Origin: Lama guanicoe
Taxonomy: Eukaryota
NCBI GenBank assembly: GCA_013239625.1
Contig: MU054033.1
Location: forward strand, 186,001-250,000
Reading direction: 5' to 3'
Length of the DNA stretch: 64,000 bases
A model generated the notes under the pieces. That model did no database searches. It had not been told where the DNA came from and saw only the letters and a list, made by a program, of their open reading frames with translations. This document shows, one piece after another, positions 12,391 through 25,080 of the stretch (its first letter is position 1; each line of letters begins with the position of its first letter). A program made the position numbers and the translations under genes.

Positions 12391-14939
12391 GCCTCACCAT
12401 CGCTTGCTATTCCCTGCCTTGGACAGATTGCTGCTGTTTAAGAGAGCGGGCTAACTCTTTGAAGACGCCCCCGGGCATTTTCTGAGTGTCAGCCGCATCC
12501 TCGGTGCTGCAGAGCTGAGCTGGCCCGTCCGCCTTGCAGCTCAGAAGCAGCAGGGAGTGGGCTCTGCTCCTGCTTTGGAAGAAGGTGGGGGCCCGCGAAC
12601 AGGTATTAGGCGCTCAGACCCCCCCCCCCGCGGCTTTCTAGTGTTTCTGCTTCATCCCATCTCCTTCAGCACCGAGGTCCAGGAGGAAAACACAAGGTCC
12701 AGGAGGTTGCCCACCGCTGCCCTTAACAGTGAGAGCACAGTCTTCCCACCTGTTCCGCAGTGAGCGGTGCCCCCAGACTCGAGCCTCGGCATTGATTGTT
12801 TCCCCACAAAACCTCTTTCTGGGTAGCTTCTCCCCAGATGTCTTCCCCCTCCTGCTCAGTATCTGGGTTTTGGATTCTTTTTCTTGAGTTGATTTTTACA
12901 TAGTGGTGGCTCAAGAGTTCAGAAAGCTACAGACCAGAGCAGCGGGGGTGGGGGGGCGGGGGCGGGGAACCTGACAGCGTGAAAGATGGAACCTGGATTC
13001 CCTTTGAAGAGGGAATTTGAAATCCACGCCAGACCTAAAAGGGCTGTGTGCTGAGGGGTCGCGCTCAAACTGCTTCAGCAGAGTGGGAGGAATGCGTTGG
13101 GGTCAGGAGGAAATTAATGGCCGTCGACGGATGGTTGGTGATGAAACAGATAAGCGACACTTGAATAAACACGGGGAATTAATTTTGGAGCCACTGGGAA
13201 GGAGTCAGAGTCAAGAATTATGGAAGACACAGCGTCTTGTGGTTTTATTTCTTCCCCGAGACTCAGAGGCGGCAGATAGTTTCCATCTGAGGATGGGAAA
13301 ACCTTGAGCCCAGAGAAGCCTGTTCTTTTTAAAGACCCTGAAGAGGGTCCTTCTCCCATGCTGGGGGCCTCCTGTAGTTTTCTGCCCTCTTCTGCCTGTT
13401 TCTTGGGAGCACGCAGTAGTTCAGTGCCATTTCTATGACTGGTTCACATTCTAAAAGAGTGTTGCCACGTTTCTCTTCTTAAAAACCTCTTTTTTTAAAA
13501 AAAATTAAGGAATACCTGGTGTGAGGGCATAGGAAAGGGCCCCAAGCACAGTCGTGGTCACTTGGGGATGCTTTGATTGAGGTCTGAATGACCACAAAGA
13601 GAACAGTGACCCTAATGCAAGCCGATGAGATTCGCTGGCTGATGGTTAAAATTCCGATTTTTAATGGAGGGGATGTAGATTTGAAGTCGAGCAGATGGAA
13701 GAGGGGTCATGAGGAAAAAGCTGAGGGACAGGGGTGGGCGGGGGCCAGGGTCCCTCAGGGTTACTCTGTGGGCGGGAGGTGCCCAGCTGAGGCTTTGGGG
13801 AGGGTGCAGGGAAGTGGAGAGATGGGGCTGGTTGCACGTGGCATTGCACGAGGGAGAAGTGCTCGGCTAGATTAAGGAATTCACCAGCAGAGAAGTCATG
13901 GACGCTTCCCCTGGACAGAATGAACTAACAGTACTTGAAATCCTCGTCGGGTTATTCATGACTTCACGTTTTCATTCCAGAGTTCTGGACATCTGGTAAG
14001 ACCATGGAAGAATTCCAGGTGCCAGGATGATTAGTGGCCAAGGGGACAGATTCCCATGATTTGATCAAGTCAGCAGTGGTTCCTGGGAAGCGCCTCCCCG
14101 CCCTCCTTTCTTGGTCTCCTGCGTGGAGCCAGTCTTAGCCAAGACGTGACTTCATTCCCATCCCAGAGGCCGCGGGGCTTCCTGACTTTCAGAGACTTGA
14201 CTCTTCGAGTCTCTTGTTAGCAGATGCTGTGATGCGATTGAGGTAGAGACGTTAAGGATTGCTGGACACTCGGTTCTAGGACCTAAGCTAGCAGCCTGCC
14301 CTTCCCATCCCCTGCCTCCGTTCCCTACAGGGAAGCAGAAATGTATTGAACTCCTCTCCCGAGGGTGCCAGAGAGAGAGAGAGAGATGGACTCTGGTTAG
14401 AAGGATGGTCCGGGATTTCCCCCTGGACAGTCTGTGCTGAAAGAGACAGGATGGAGCAGAAACACTCGAAAGCTGCCCGGGGGGTCTGAGCACCTGCCTG
14501 TGGGCCCCCACCTTCTTCCATGATGACAAGCCATGTGCGCAGGCGGTCTGTTGGCCACGTGTAGCAGTCACAGTCCTGTGTTTACTTCACGCCCCTGTGT
14601 GAGGTGGAGGTCGCAGAACCTCGGATTCTCTGTCACAAAGGGGCAGACACAGGCTGGCTGCTACGGTGTTCTCAACTCCTGGGAGTAGCAGGTGTGGAAG
14701 GCCACTGCCACTGCTCCTAGGATGGTGGTCCCGCTGCTTGAATGAGCCTAGAAGCAGTCCGGAGTCCGGAGGTCAGATGCTGCCTGCGGGGACTGGAGAT
14801 GTTCTGACATGGATGGGGGAGGGAACCACCTGTGGCTGTGAGAGGAGGCAGACTGGCTCTTAAGTGGCGATGCTGAGTAGACCTGCGATGTTATAATCCA
14901 GAAAACAGCAGAAGAAACTGGAGGACAGCCCTGGGTGAG

Positions 14940-15440
14940 TTTTGCCCTGCCTTCCCTGTCTTGTCCCTCTTTCTTGCAGCCAGCGTTCAGGTGTCCTGGA
15001 GCTGGGTGAGGCTCTGACCTCAGCCACAGCCCATGGCCCACCTGTCGGCTAGTCTTGGTTGGCCAAGACCTCTCATGGCAATCACATCCTCTGCCACTGA
15101 TTGGCCTGGGGCCGGCCCGTCTCCTGATTCTGACCAATGAGATGTGAGGGAAGGAGGGGCTTCTTCCAGGAATAAGAAGATTCTAGTGGGGAAGGCGTTT
15201 GGCCGCTGCCCCTCCTTTACTGCTGGTAGCTAGTGTGATGTGATCCCTGGAGCTGCCATCTGTGACTGTGAAGTGACCAACGGGGAAGTGCAAAGCTCAC
15301 TGCTAACCATGATGGGATGGACGGATAGAGCCTTGGGCCTCAGTGAAGTCACTGGCCCCCTCCCTGCTGACCTCTAAGTAAGAACCCTTATGGTTAGGAT
15401 TTTTTGTCACACCCAGAGCCCCAAACATCCTAACTACTGG
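14940..15440 (+). mobile_element. Ancient ERVL/MaLR LTR (MLT1K/L- or LTR16-like)
   Basis: 'ttctgaccaatgagatgtgagggaag','gatccctggagctgccatctgtgactgtga','aaacatcctaacta' are typical of these old LTRs. Confidence 0.6.
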
Positions 15441-16221
15441 ACAGGAATAGAATTGTACTGTATGCGTATCTCTTTGGAATTTAGTCTCATTCTAGCAGTT
15501 GATTTGCTGAACAACGTTGAACTGAACTTTTTCGGAGGCTTAACCTCTTTGCAAACACACTTTGGATACTGTCATGTTAATGTTTGGTGAGAAAAAGAAA
15601 TTTTGTCAAGCTGCAAGCTGCCCTAATAAGCTGAAAGGAGGCTAGTTTATGCCTGAGATCTTATCTCCTGAACTTGAAGTTGACTTAATTCTGCAGCGCT
15701 CTGTGTCTGCGGCTTTGGTCTTTCCTGCCCTGACCATGGAGCATGGCCTGGTGAACACACAGGTTGGCACCTGGGCTGGCGGCAGCCGTGGCGTTGATAA
15801 GTGCATTCACACTGCTGTGCAAGCGTCGCCACCATCCATCTCCAGAACTCTCTTCATCTAGTAAACTCTAACCAGTTAAACACTAACTTCCGGTTCCGCT
15901 CTCCCTGCCAGCTCCTGGCACCCACGACCTTCTGTCTCTGTGACTATTCAAGTGACCTCGTATGTGAAAGCTTTATGAAAATCAGATTTCCGGAACTCCC
16001 AGGACTTGTGAAAGTGTAGACTGGTTGGAAGGGAGTAAGGTTTGGGGAGAGTTTGGGAAAGAAATCCAGCCGGGTAGGGGGTTAGCGTCCCGGGAAGCAG
16101 AGCTCACGCCCTTGGGGGAGTTTTCTGTAGAGCAAGACGTGGGCGTTGCATTTGCCCAGTAGGGCCGTTCTGAGTTGAATCCCTGTCCCTCACTGTTACT
16201 CAGAACTTTCCTCGGGCATTT

Positions 16222-16470
16222 TTTTTTTTCCAATTGAGACACATTCAGTTTACAATGTTGTGTCAGTTTCTGGTGTACAGCACGTGCTTCAGTCATACAT
16301 GAACACACATATATTTATTTTCATATTCTTTTTCACCATAAACTACCACAAGATGTTGAATATATTTCCGTGCTGTACAGTATGAACTTGTTTCTCTATT
16401 TTATGTATATCAGTCAGTATATACAAATCTCAAACTCCCAGTTTATCCTTCCCCACCCCAGCCCCCGGCA
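16222..16470 (-). mobile_element. Lineage-specific LINE-1 3' end, 5'-truncated
   Basis: Poly-T, then 'cagtttacaatgttgtgtcagtttctggtgtacagcac...aaatctcaaactcccagtttatcc'. 'gggcattt' is repeated on both flanks (16214, 16477). Confidence 0.85.
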
Positions 16471-17216
16471 ATCCCAGGGCATTTGTAGTTCTTTCCTTCC
16501 CATAGCCAACTAGAGATAACTAGCTTCCTCTCAACTGATGTCATATTTTGATTAATCATATTTTGATTAATTCCTGGGGCAGGAATTGGTAGTTGTCTTC
16601 CCCTTGGTCAGCTTTGGCCCTCGAAGGCAGCTTTATAAAAGGTTCTGGCGAATTCTCTTAGTTCTTGCAACATAGAATTCCATGCCCTTTTCATGGACTC
16701 TCAAGGCCAGGATCTTTCTGTAGAGAGAACAGAGACTAATCTTTCCAGTGTGATTCATTCCAGAGAATGAAAGTCTGCTCAGCCTGTAGCAAGTGTGAGT
16801 CTTTGTTACCAGTGCATTTGAAGGCTTTGCATCAGCTACTGTCATCTGATAGATTTTTGTAGTCAGTTTTATATGTTATTTTGTTCTTTTAAAATGTCAA
16901 TTTTAAATTTTAATAAATATTATCAAGTTTTTTCCCTTAAAAAGATGTGCCATTTTACACTCTTTACTGGCTTATTGCTTAATTATTTCCATCCATTTTT
17001 ATGATCTCAAGAATATATTAGCTAAAGATCTAATTACTCTGTTAAGGGTAATACAATAAGGGAAATACAATAGTAAAGAAATGTTACATTTAAACATTGC
17101 TTAAAGAATAGAGTTGTAACGTAAAAAGATCCTAAATTTTTACCTATTGCATGTTTGATGGATTTAATTTTTTTGAAAAATTTATTCTCCACATTCTTTC
17201 AAACACATTGATTTTT

Positions 17217-17310
17217 TTCCTTCTTATTGAAGTAGTCAGTTACAATGTGTCAATTTCTGATGTACAGCATGTTTCAGTCCTGCATACACATACATATATT
17301 CATTTTCATT
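17217..17310 (-). mobile_element. Short lineage-specific LINE-1 3' end
   Basis: 'ttattgaagtagtcagttacaatgtgtcaatttctgatgtacagc...atatattcattttcat' is the reverse complement of the element at 5259. Confidence 0.8.
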
Positions 17311-17510
17311 CAAATGTTTGATTTTTGTTTTGACTTAAGAAGAAAGTACATCCTGACAGAAGAAGAGTCTGTCTCTTTCTCATACACACACACAAACACA
17401 CACATTTATTTTGAAATAAGTTTAAATGTATAAAAAGGTTGCAGAAATAGTGCAGTTCCCTTCACGCTTTCCCCAATGTCAACATCCTACGTTGAGGGGC
17501 ACATTTATCA

Positions 17511-17990
17511 AAACTAGGAAATTAAACTACCATATGATCCAGTGATTCCACATCTGGGTATTTCTCTGAAGCAAATGAAAACACTAATCTGAAAAGATAC
17601 ATGCACCTCCCCATGTTCCTTGCAGTGTTATCTACGATAGCTGAGATACGGGAAAAACCTAAGTGTCCATTGATAGATGAATGAATAAAAAGACATTGTC
17701 ATGTAGCTAATGGAGTAGTATATATAATGGAATATTACTTGGCCATAAAAAAGAATGAATTCTTTCCATTTATGACAGCGTGGATGGACCTAGAGGGCAT
17801 TATGCTAAGTGAAATAAATCAGAGGAAAATAAATACCACATGTTCTCTCTTATATGTGGAATCTAAGATAGATAGAATGAAACAAGCTGAGAGATACAGA
17901 AAACAGATTGGTGCTTGCTGGACATGGGGGGGTGGAAGGTGGGAGAAATGGGTGAATTGTTTTGGTTAGGTTTTAGTCTAAATAAATAGT
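17511..17990 (+). mobile_element. LINE-1 ORF2 C-terminus/3'UTR fragment (L1MA-like)
   Basis: Translation MEYYLAIKKNEFFPFMTAWMDLEGIMLSEINQ is the canonical L1 ORF2p C-terminal motif. Upstream 'ctaccatatgatccag' encodes LPYDP. Confidence 0.9.
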
Positions 17991-19404
17991 ATAAAATTTT
18001 TTCTTTTGTCCTGTTTTAAGTTGCTTTCATTGTTCCATATTATTAAAAGTGTTATGTATTTTATGCACTAAATATAAAGCCAAATTTCTTTGAATATGAG
18101 TCTCTCTGTAGTCAGAGCTATTTCTTCAATGTGGATTCCCACAGATGAAGTTAAGAGGTCCTCACCATATTTTGGGGGTGCAGATATTAGCAATAATATA
18201 GTAATAGATCCAGGCATTTTGAAGTGGCCTCTGGCACACAGTCATCAGTCTGTTCTCCAGGCAGCAGGGTCAGTGGTTGCCTGCGTTGAGTGGGGAGACC
18301 ACTTAAGTTGCTTCTCCACTAAACTGACAGGTCAAAAATAATGAGAATCACAAAACTTAACACACACACACAAGCAGAAGATTTGAAGTAAAAGCACAGT
18401 ATTTCTCTTCTTTTGAAAGAAAGTTTCCCAAGGGATCAACATTCACGGGTGGGACAGGAGGGAAAAACCAGGTCTGAGGTGCAGCTCATCATGTGAGTCT
18501 GACTGGCAGAAGCGGGTTGAGGGCACCTGTCCTGGGTTTAGGTCTGACTCCTGGTTTACTAGTCAGTGGGGGTAAACCTCTTCTTTCCTAAGAAAAGGAG
18601 CTTTCCTGGTCTTTGAAACGGGAACCAGCGCCTGCAGCCTCATGCATGCTGTTCTCATCTGCTGGTTTGGACCACTTCCCTAGGAGCCCTGGTCGAGGAA
18701 GCAGCTGTGTGGAGGGGCTGGGCCCTGTGCCCCCCGAGGTCGAGGGTGCACAGATCTGACTCTCCGCTGGTGGGCAAAGCACACCCAGGCCCAGAGATTT
18801 GAAGACAGATCACTGGATAGGAAAAGCAATTAGCAAGCAGTTTAAATTTATTCATTCAAAAGAAATTCTATAGGTTGTTTTTGGCAAAGGGGCGTGTTGC
18901 GTTAGGCTCCGTGGACTCGTGCTCTGTAAATGAAAGAGGTTTGGGGTCCTTGCGGTTTCTTCTCAAATTCCTCTTGCTGGCTTGATGCCACCGACAGCCA
19001 GATCCACCATGATGTGCTAATTTGGGGTGATGGAAGGGAAACTTGCCCTCCTGGTCAGCAGACTCCAACTGCCCAAGGTGTCAGCTTTATGGGTTTTCAT
19101 AATGAAATTGTAAAGGGTTTGATTTCTAGGAATTTGAGTCACTTTTCTTAATTGGCACCTTCCACTTGAAAACTCAGTGCTGTTTCTTTTGGCTCCATTG
19201 CGTGTTTTAAAATCTCAGTGGGGCTCATTTTGGATAATCTCTTAATGACATTAATTTTATTTGTTATTCATATCAATTAGCAATTAATTTTGAAGGAACA
19301 GTGAAGGGATGTTGGATTTATTCTAAGCGTCTTTCTTTGGGACCAGTATTGGTTATTTCCCCATAGTAATGATGTCCTTTGGATTTCTATGTAAACACCC
19401 CTTC

Positions 19405-19915
19405 CACAGGGGATAAGTACCAGTACCGACCTACCTCATGGGGTCGTTGTCTTGGAGATTAAATGATTTTTTTTTAAATTTGGTTTTTATTGAAGTATAG
19501 TTGATTGATTTACAATGTTAGTTTCAGGTGTACAGGGAAGCTGTTCAGTTATACATAGACATGCATATATATATTTTCAAATTTTTTCATTATATGTTGT
19601 TGTAAGAAATTTAATACAGTTCCCTGTGCTATACAGTAGGACCTCGTTATTCATCTGTTTTATATATAGTAGTGTTTATCTTAATTGCAAACTCCTACTC
19701 TACCCCTCTGCCACCCTTCCCCTTCACTTAATGTGATAATCTAGGTCCATCCATGTTGCAGCAAATGGCATTATTTCATTCTTTTTTATGGCCGAGTAGT
19801 ATTCCACTGCATGTATATACCACCTCTTCTTTAGAGGATTAAATTATTTAATAGTTATAAAGCCCTTGGGACCATACTTGGCTTACAGGGAGTGTGAGAT
19901 TGGTGTTTGCTAAAA
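19405..19915. mobile_element. MIR SINE split by an antisense LINE-1 3' end (19470-19836)
   Basis: MIR 'acctacctcatggggtcgttg...gattaaatga' resumes as 'gattaaattatttaatagttataaagccctt'. TSD gattaaatgattt (19457-19469) / gattaaattattt (19837-19849). Confidence 0.75.
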
Positions 19916-19975
19916 TAATTTCTATGTAGCCTGTTTGTGCTCCTTGTTAAAAAGTTGTTAAAACTTATACTTTCT

Positions 19976-20185
19976 GTTACTATATGTAAAATAGACAACA
20001 AAGACCTACTGTACAGTGCCGGACACTGTGTTCAATTTCTTATAATAACATAGTGGGAAAGAATCTGAAAAGAAAAAATACGTATATATGTATGTGTATA
20101 ACTGAACCATTTTGCTGTACACCTGAAACTAACATTGTAAATCAACTACACGTCAATAAAAAGTTGTTTAAAAAAGAAAGAAAAA
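19976..20185 (+). mobile_element. LINE-1 3' end (cetartiodactyl type) with A-tail
   Basis: 'actatatgtaaaatagacaacaaagacctactgtacag...ataactgaaccattttgctgtacacctgaaactaacattgtaaatcaactac...caataaa'. Confidence 0.85.
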
Positions 20186-20269
20186 CTCTTACCCTTTCCC
20201 TAGCTAGCTATTCTACTCGAAAAGCCATCCCTGTTCCCATAGTTGGGACATGTCTTGCTGGGTGATCTG

Positions 20270-20790
20270 CTCTCTGCTGGATATGCCGCGGGTGCCTCAG
20301 AGGCCTCCGCTCCAAAAGCAAACGTGTCCTCAGCCTCCTTTGGGGCCGCCCAGCCTGTCCTTCAAGCATGGCGCGTCGCTTCCGTGCCTCTGGTGACCCA
20401 GGCAGAAGCCGGGGAGCTGCGCCCGACCGCCCCCCCCCCGGATAATCCCGCCAGGTGTCGGGTTCCGCCTGCCTTACCCTCTCGCCCAGCCCGCCCCCCG
20501 CCGGCCGCCTGCGACATCCAGGCGGGGTCCTCAGAGGGCTCGCATCACGTCCTGTCCTGTCCTTGCCGGATCCGCAGGGGCGCAGGCCCCTCCCGGCGCG
20601 GCTGCAGCGGCTTCCAGGAGCAGGCAGGGCGCTCCCGCTGCGCGGCCGGCGCGGCCTCCCCTCCCTCCGCTCCCTCCCGCGGTGGCGCCTCCGCGAAGGT
20701 CCGCGCGGGGGCTTCCAGGGCGGACGTCCCTCCGCGCTGGCTGGTGCCCTCGGCATTCGCACGCTCCTCCTCCCTGTGTCCTCACGGTGC
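20270..20790. promoter_or_regulatory. CpG-island-like patch (apparently L2-derived)
   Basis: Very GC- and CpG-dense, with GC boxes (e.g. 'cccgcccc','gggcgg'). No exon or gene could be tied to it. Function unproven. Confidence 0.5.
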
Positions 20791-21139
20791 ACATTTGGAT
20801 GGAGACCCTGAGGCTGTCCCTGCTCCGGGGAGGCCAGGTGTCTTTGGGAAAATGACGAAGTTTATAGAGTGGAAGCCAGAAACCCACCTGAGGAAATGAC
20901 AAGATCCCCCGCCCCTCCATGCTTCGTAAGGCCCGAGCCGTGACCCTGGTGTCAGGGTGGCAGTATCTTTATGACATCTGGAGTCTTGGTCTTCAGTACA
21001 TAACCTGGCACGAGTCTGCGGTGACGAACTACCCGATTCCTGGCTTAGCACCCTGGAAGGGGGGTGGGACCGTGCACCTGGTTCCTTGTCGTAGCCCAAA
21101 TGCCCAAATGCATGGATGACACCTAATAACTCGTCTTGG

Positions 21140-21905
21140 GGTTTTTTTTTAATCTTTAACATTTTTGAATTGTTGTAAATTCTATGTAACGTAAAGCTGA
21201 CCATTTTAACTATTCGGTTCAAGCCGTCAAACAGCTCAGTGGTATTGAGTGCACGTACACCATGGTGCAGCCATCAGCACCATCCATCCAGAGGACTTTC
21301 TGTCACCTTCCCAGACTGAAACCCTGCACCCATGAAACAGCAACTCCCCATCTCCCCCTCTTCCCAGCCCCTGGCAACCGCCATTCTACTTTCTGTCTCT
21401 GAATCTGTCTTCTCTACGTACTTCACGTAAATGGAATCAGCACTTGTCCACTAGTGGTTGGCTTATTTCACTCGGCATAATGTCTTCAAATTCATCCACG
21501 TCGTAGCACGTGGTAGACTATCCTTCCTTCTTTTGGTTGTGTTGTTTTGGAGGTGGGGGGAGGTAATTAGGTTTATTGACTTACTTACGTATTTTCATGG
21601 AGGTACTGGGGATTGAACCCAGGACCTGGTGCCTGCTAAGTGTGAGCTCTCCCACTGAGCTCCACCCTCCCCCTGCAAGGCTTTCCTTCCTTCTTCAGGC
21701 TGATGTTCCGTAAACATCTTGTTCATCCGTTTATCCATGGACGCTTGGGTTGCTTCCAGCTTTTGGCTATTGTAAATCATGCTCCCGTGAGCATGGGTGT
21801 GCAGGTTCCTCTCTGAGACCCTCCTTTCCATGTTTTTTTGCTCTCAGTTCTTCTCAGTGCCCAGAAGTGGAATTCCTGCATTCTAGGCTAATCCTATTTT
21901 TAATT
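21140..21905 (-). mobile_element. Old LINE-1 3' end (L1MB-like) hosting a SINE
   Basis: 'ccctggcaaccgccattctactttctgtctctgaat','ggttgcttccagcttttggctattgtaaatcatgct','cccagaagtggaatt'. Confidence 0.85.
21533..21673 (-). mobile_element. tRNA-derived SINE (Vic-1-like), full length
   Basis: 'ggggaggtaattaggtttatt...ggaggtactggggattgaacccaggacc...cactgagctccaccctcccc'. TSD core tccttccttctt at 21521-21532 and 21684-21695. Confidence 0.9.
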
Positions 21906-22754
21906 TTTCATCTTGGAGTTCAGCGTCGTGGCATTTGCAGTCTCCAAGGAAGTTATTTTCCAAAACAGTTGGTTGCATCACACTCGCCAGATGTTTCCCG
22001 GAGGACCAGACTCCCTGTCTTCCTCTTATTCTGCGCCTCTGCCCCGCCCCCACTGGAGGCAGCTTGTGGAGCGTGTCCGGGGCCCATCCGCTGCATCCTG
22101 AGCTTAGGGGTAGGGCTGGCACCCTGATCCCACCCTGAAGAGCCTGGGCTGGTGGGGGGCTCACAATTCATTTCGCTCTGTTCTTGGGTCCATTTGAAAA
22201 ATGAGGACACGACTTCTGTCAAAGGAACGGAAGATGCCCGTTTAGACATTAAAGTGAGTGGAAACTGCGTGGTATGCTGGCTGAGGAGGCCCATAGGATA
22301 GCTGTTCACAGTGTGGTTTTCTCAGAAAGATGGCTTCACTAATTCATTTTCGACCCCTTCTGTTTTCAGATCTCCTTTCCCAGCCCTTATGTTTTGGTTT
22401 TGCACAGGGAGTTGCAGGCGAGTCCATTCTTCCCTTCCTTTCCCTCTGGGTTTTGGACAAATTCTTTGCATCCACTTGTGTGCTGGGAAGGGCATTGCCA
22501 GCCGCTGTGACGCCAGCACAGTCCCACCCGTGATGCGAGGAGGGGCCAGGGGGCTGTGGTGCCACTCCGCTGGGAGAAGAGAAATGCATGCTGGCTCTTT
22601 GACCACTTTGTGGGGAGCTTGTAAATAAATGGCTTCTTGTCTGGGGTTTAAAGATAATTACGTAGCTTTCTCATGAAATGAGATTTTATTTGCTGCTATG
22701 ATTCAGCCCCTGCCAGTCTATCTCCCTTGATTTAAAAACCAGATGCGGTCCAGT

Positions 22755-22920
22755 GGGGAGTTTCAGTTCTGCAAGACGTGAAAGTTATGGAGATGGGTGT
22801 GGTGATGGTTGCGTAGTTACGTGAATGTGCTTAATGCCACTGAACTGTGCACTGAAAAGATGGTTACACTGGTATATTTTATGTATTTACCACAATTTAA
22901 AAAATATCTTAAAAAATAAA
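22755..22920 (+). mobile_element. LINE-1 extreme 3' end (L1MB-like)
   Basis: 'gagtttcagttctgcaagac...ggtgatggttgc...gtgaatgtgcttaatgccactgaactgtgcact...ttaccacaatttaaaaaa'. Confidence 0.85.
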
Positions 22921-24961
22921 AAGGCTGGAGACTTGAATGCACTGGGCTGGATGGAAAATGTGTATAGTTGGAGCCTGGACAGTCTGTCCACAGTCCTCTG
23001 TGCTTCTCAGACTGTGAGGGAAAGAAATGGTCGGGGTTTTCCCCCAATCATTGCAAATCAGTGATTTTCAAAGATACAATACAAAGAGTTAATAGGAAAA
23101 TACAGAACAATGAGATGAAATCCGTTTAATAATGCAACGATCCTATGATCATGACTGAAAGGAAGAAAAAACAGTAAAATAAACTCAATCTAAGGGTTTT
23201 TCTTAAACTCAGTGATGGAAGGGCCCACGGGTGGGGGGAGAGACTGCCGGGAGCTCCGCCTCACCGGCTCTTGGGAGGTCAGACACCGCAGGGGCGGCCC
23301 GGGCTGTAGTTCAGTGGTCCTTCTGCTGGAGCTGGGACTGTACCCACGCGATCGTGGCTTGGTGGTTTCCGTGGCCCCCTGCCACCACGGGCCAGTGGGA
23401 ATGCTGCTCTGGGTTTGGTGGGGGTGCAGCTGCTGCGGCATTCTGGACGGTTCTTTTCCTCCAGCTGCGCAGATCCTTGAAGGTGGTTCTGTCGGTCAGA
23501 GAGGACTGTTCTCTATAAGCTGCAAGTTTGTCATGGCTGACATCCCAGGATGAGCTCCTGAAATGTCAGTCCCCCTGCTTCCTCCCACCCCGGGGGAGAG
23601 CCACCTGCAGCCTGGGGACACACAGGCTCCCCGGAACTCAGCCCCTGCAGGCCCCCAGGGAGGCCGCCATCCTGCAGTCCTGCCCCCGCCGCCTGCAGCC
23701 AGAGCTGAGGTCACTGCTGGGACAGCAGGAGATCCAGGGACAGTGGACGCCTCTCAGAGGTTTGTGTGGTTAAAAAACCCTCCCCTGAGTTTAGTTTCAT
23801 GATGCCTGCCCAGCAATTATTACTGCTTTTTTTTTTAAAAGAATTCTCTTCAAATGAGCAGTTTTGCCTCTTCATTAATAATAGTTTCTTAAAACCAGCA
23901 ATTCAGCGTTGCACATAAATCTAGCCTGTAATTTCCTACATTTTCTTTAATATGCAGTCTTCTGCTGGGATCTAGAAATTCCCAGGAATGGTTCTGCTCT
24001 TGGCTCTGAAAAGAAAAGAGTAAGCTGGTCGGCTCCCTGTCTTCAGTTCTTGGACCGTCTGCCCTATTTCTTCATATTTGCTTTCATTTCCATTTTGTCT
24101 TCTGCAAAGTGTGCAGTTTTGTTTCCTCCCTTCCTCCATCGCATCCACCATGTGGAGCCAGGGCTGCAGTCTTTTAAAAAAGAAAAAAAAAATGGAGGGG
24201 TGTGCGCGCGCACGTGCAGGTGTGCGTTCTGCAGGCGTGAGCCCTGTGTGGTCCGAGGCAGCAGGTGCTACTGAAGGCAGTGAGTCACGAGCAGTTTGAT
24301 TTTTCCCTTTTGGAGGCTCTGCCTCGTTATTTGGGAGCAGGGGCTCCTAACGCCATAGGCGGCATCAGAAATGACCCCCCAGGCCTGGTTGGAGACTGGA
24401 CATTGTCAGCTTGGAAGGGCTGTACAGTGTGTCTCGTTGTCCTCTGTAGGGCTGGTGGCCACTTTTTGCACGCCAATGGGGGCCCCCCTGCCCTAGCCAC
24501 TCTCTGCCTCAGTCTCCCTATTGGGAAACGGAACAGGTCACACCTTTTCTCCCGGGTGAGGGCGTGTCTGGCTTTAGCCTAGCTCCTGCCACCCACTTCT
24601 GGATGGTGGTCTGGAGGGAGATGGTGCTCCTGCCCCAAGCTGAGCCCGCCTGATGGGACATTCTTGGACCTTGCTGACTTGGGGCATCCTTGGGCCAAGT
24701 GATGGCAGAGTGAAGCCGGGAGGGTTCTCCGGCTCTGATCTGGGGACTCTCCTACGCCAGTATCCTGTAGTTACCCTGGCTCTCGGTGCCGCCCTGGGCT
24801 CACAGGAGGCTGCCACGCCGACAGGCGGGACTGCGATGCCTGGCCTTGTGGATGGTTCGCCTTGGTTTTTTGTTCCTCTGAATATGTACAGCCACTGTCC
24901 TTTAACAACATGTCAGCCATCAACTGATTGTTTTTGGAAAAGCAAAGGGATTTGGTTTTTT

Positions 24962-25080
24962 CCAGTCAGTAAGCACTTACTGGGCTTGTGCTGTGTGCCA
25001 GAGTCTGTCTTAAGAGCTGGGGATACAGCAGTGAACAAAATAAGCCAAGTCCTGGCCCTCGTGGTGCTTCGACTCCAGCG
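24962..25080 (-). mobile_element. L2 3' end
   Basis: 'aagcacttactgggcttgtgctgtgtgccagagtctgtcttaagagctggggatacagcagtgaacaaaa...cctggccctcgtgg'. Confidence 0.8.

Noticed and set aside
16541..16570. 15-bp direct duplication tcatattttgattaa x2
   Set aside because: Real, but an ordinary slippage-type duplication with no further signal.
17727..17969. ORF MEYYLAIKKNE...
   Set aside because: L1 ORF2p C-terminal relic, not a host gene; the same applies to 55877-56274.
18780..19190. Possible additional LTR
   Set aside because: LTR-like composition, but I could not match a family or define termini.
20208..20920. Overlapping 118-218 aa ORFs on both strands
   Set aside because: Low-complexity A/R/P/G translations from stop-poor GC-rich DNA; no recognisable domain.
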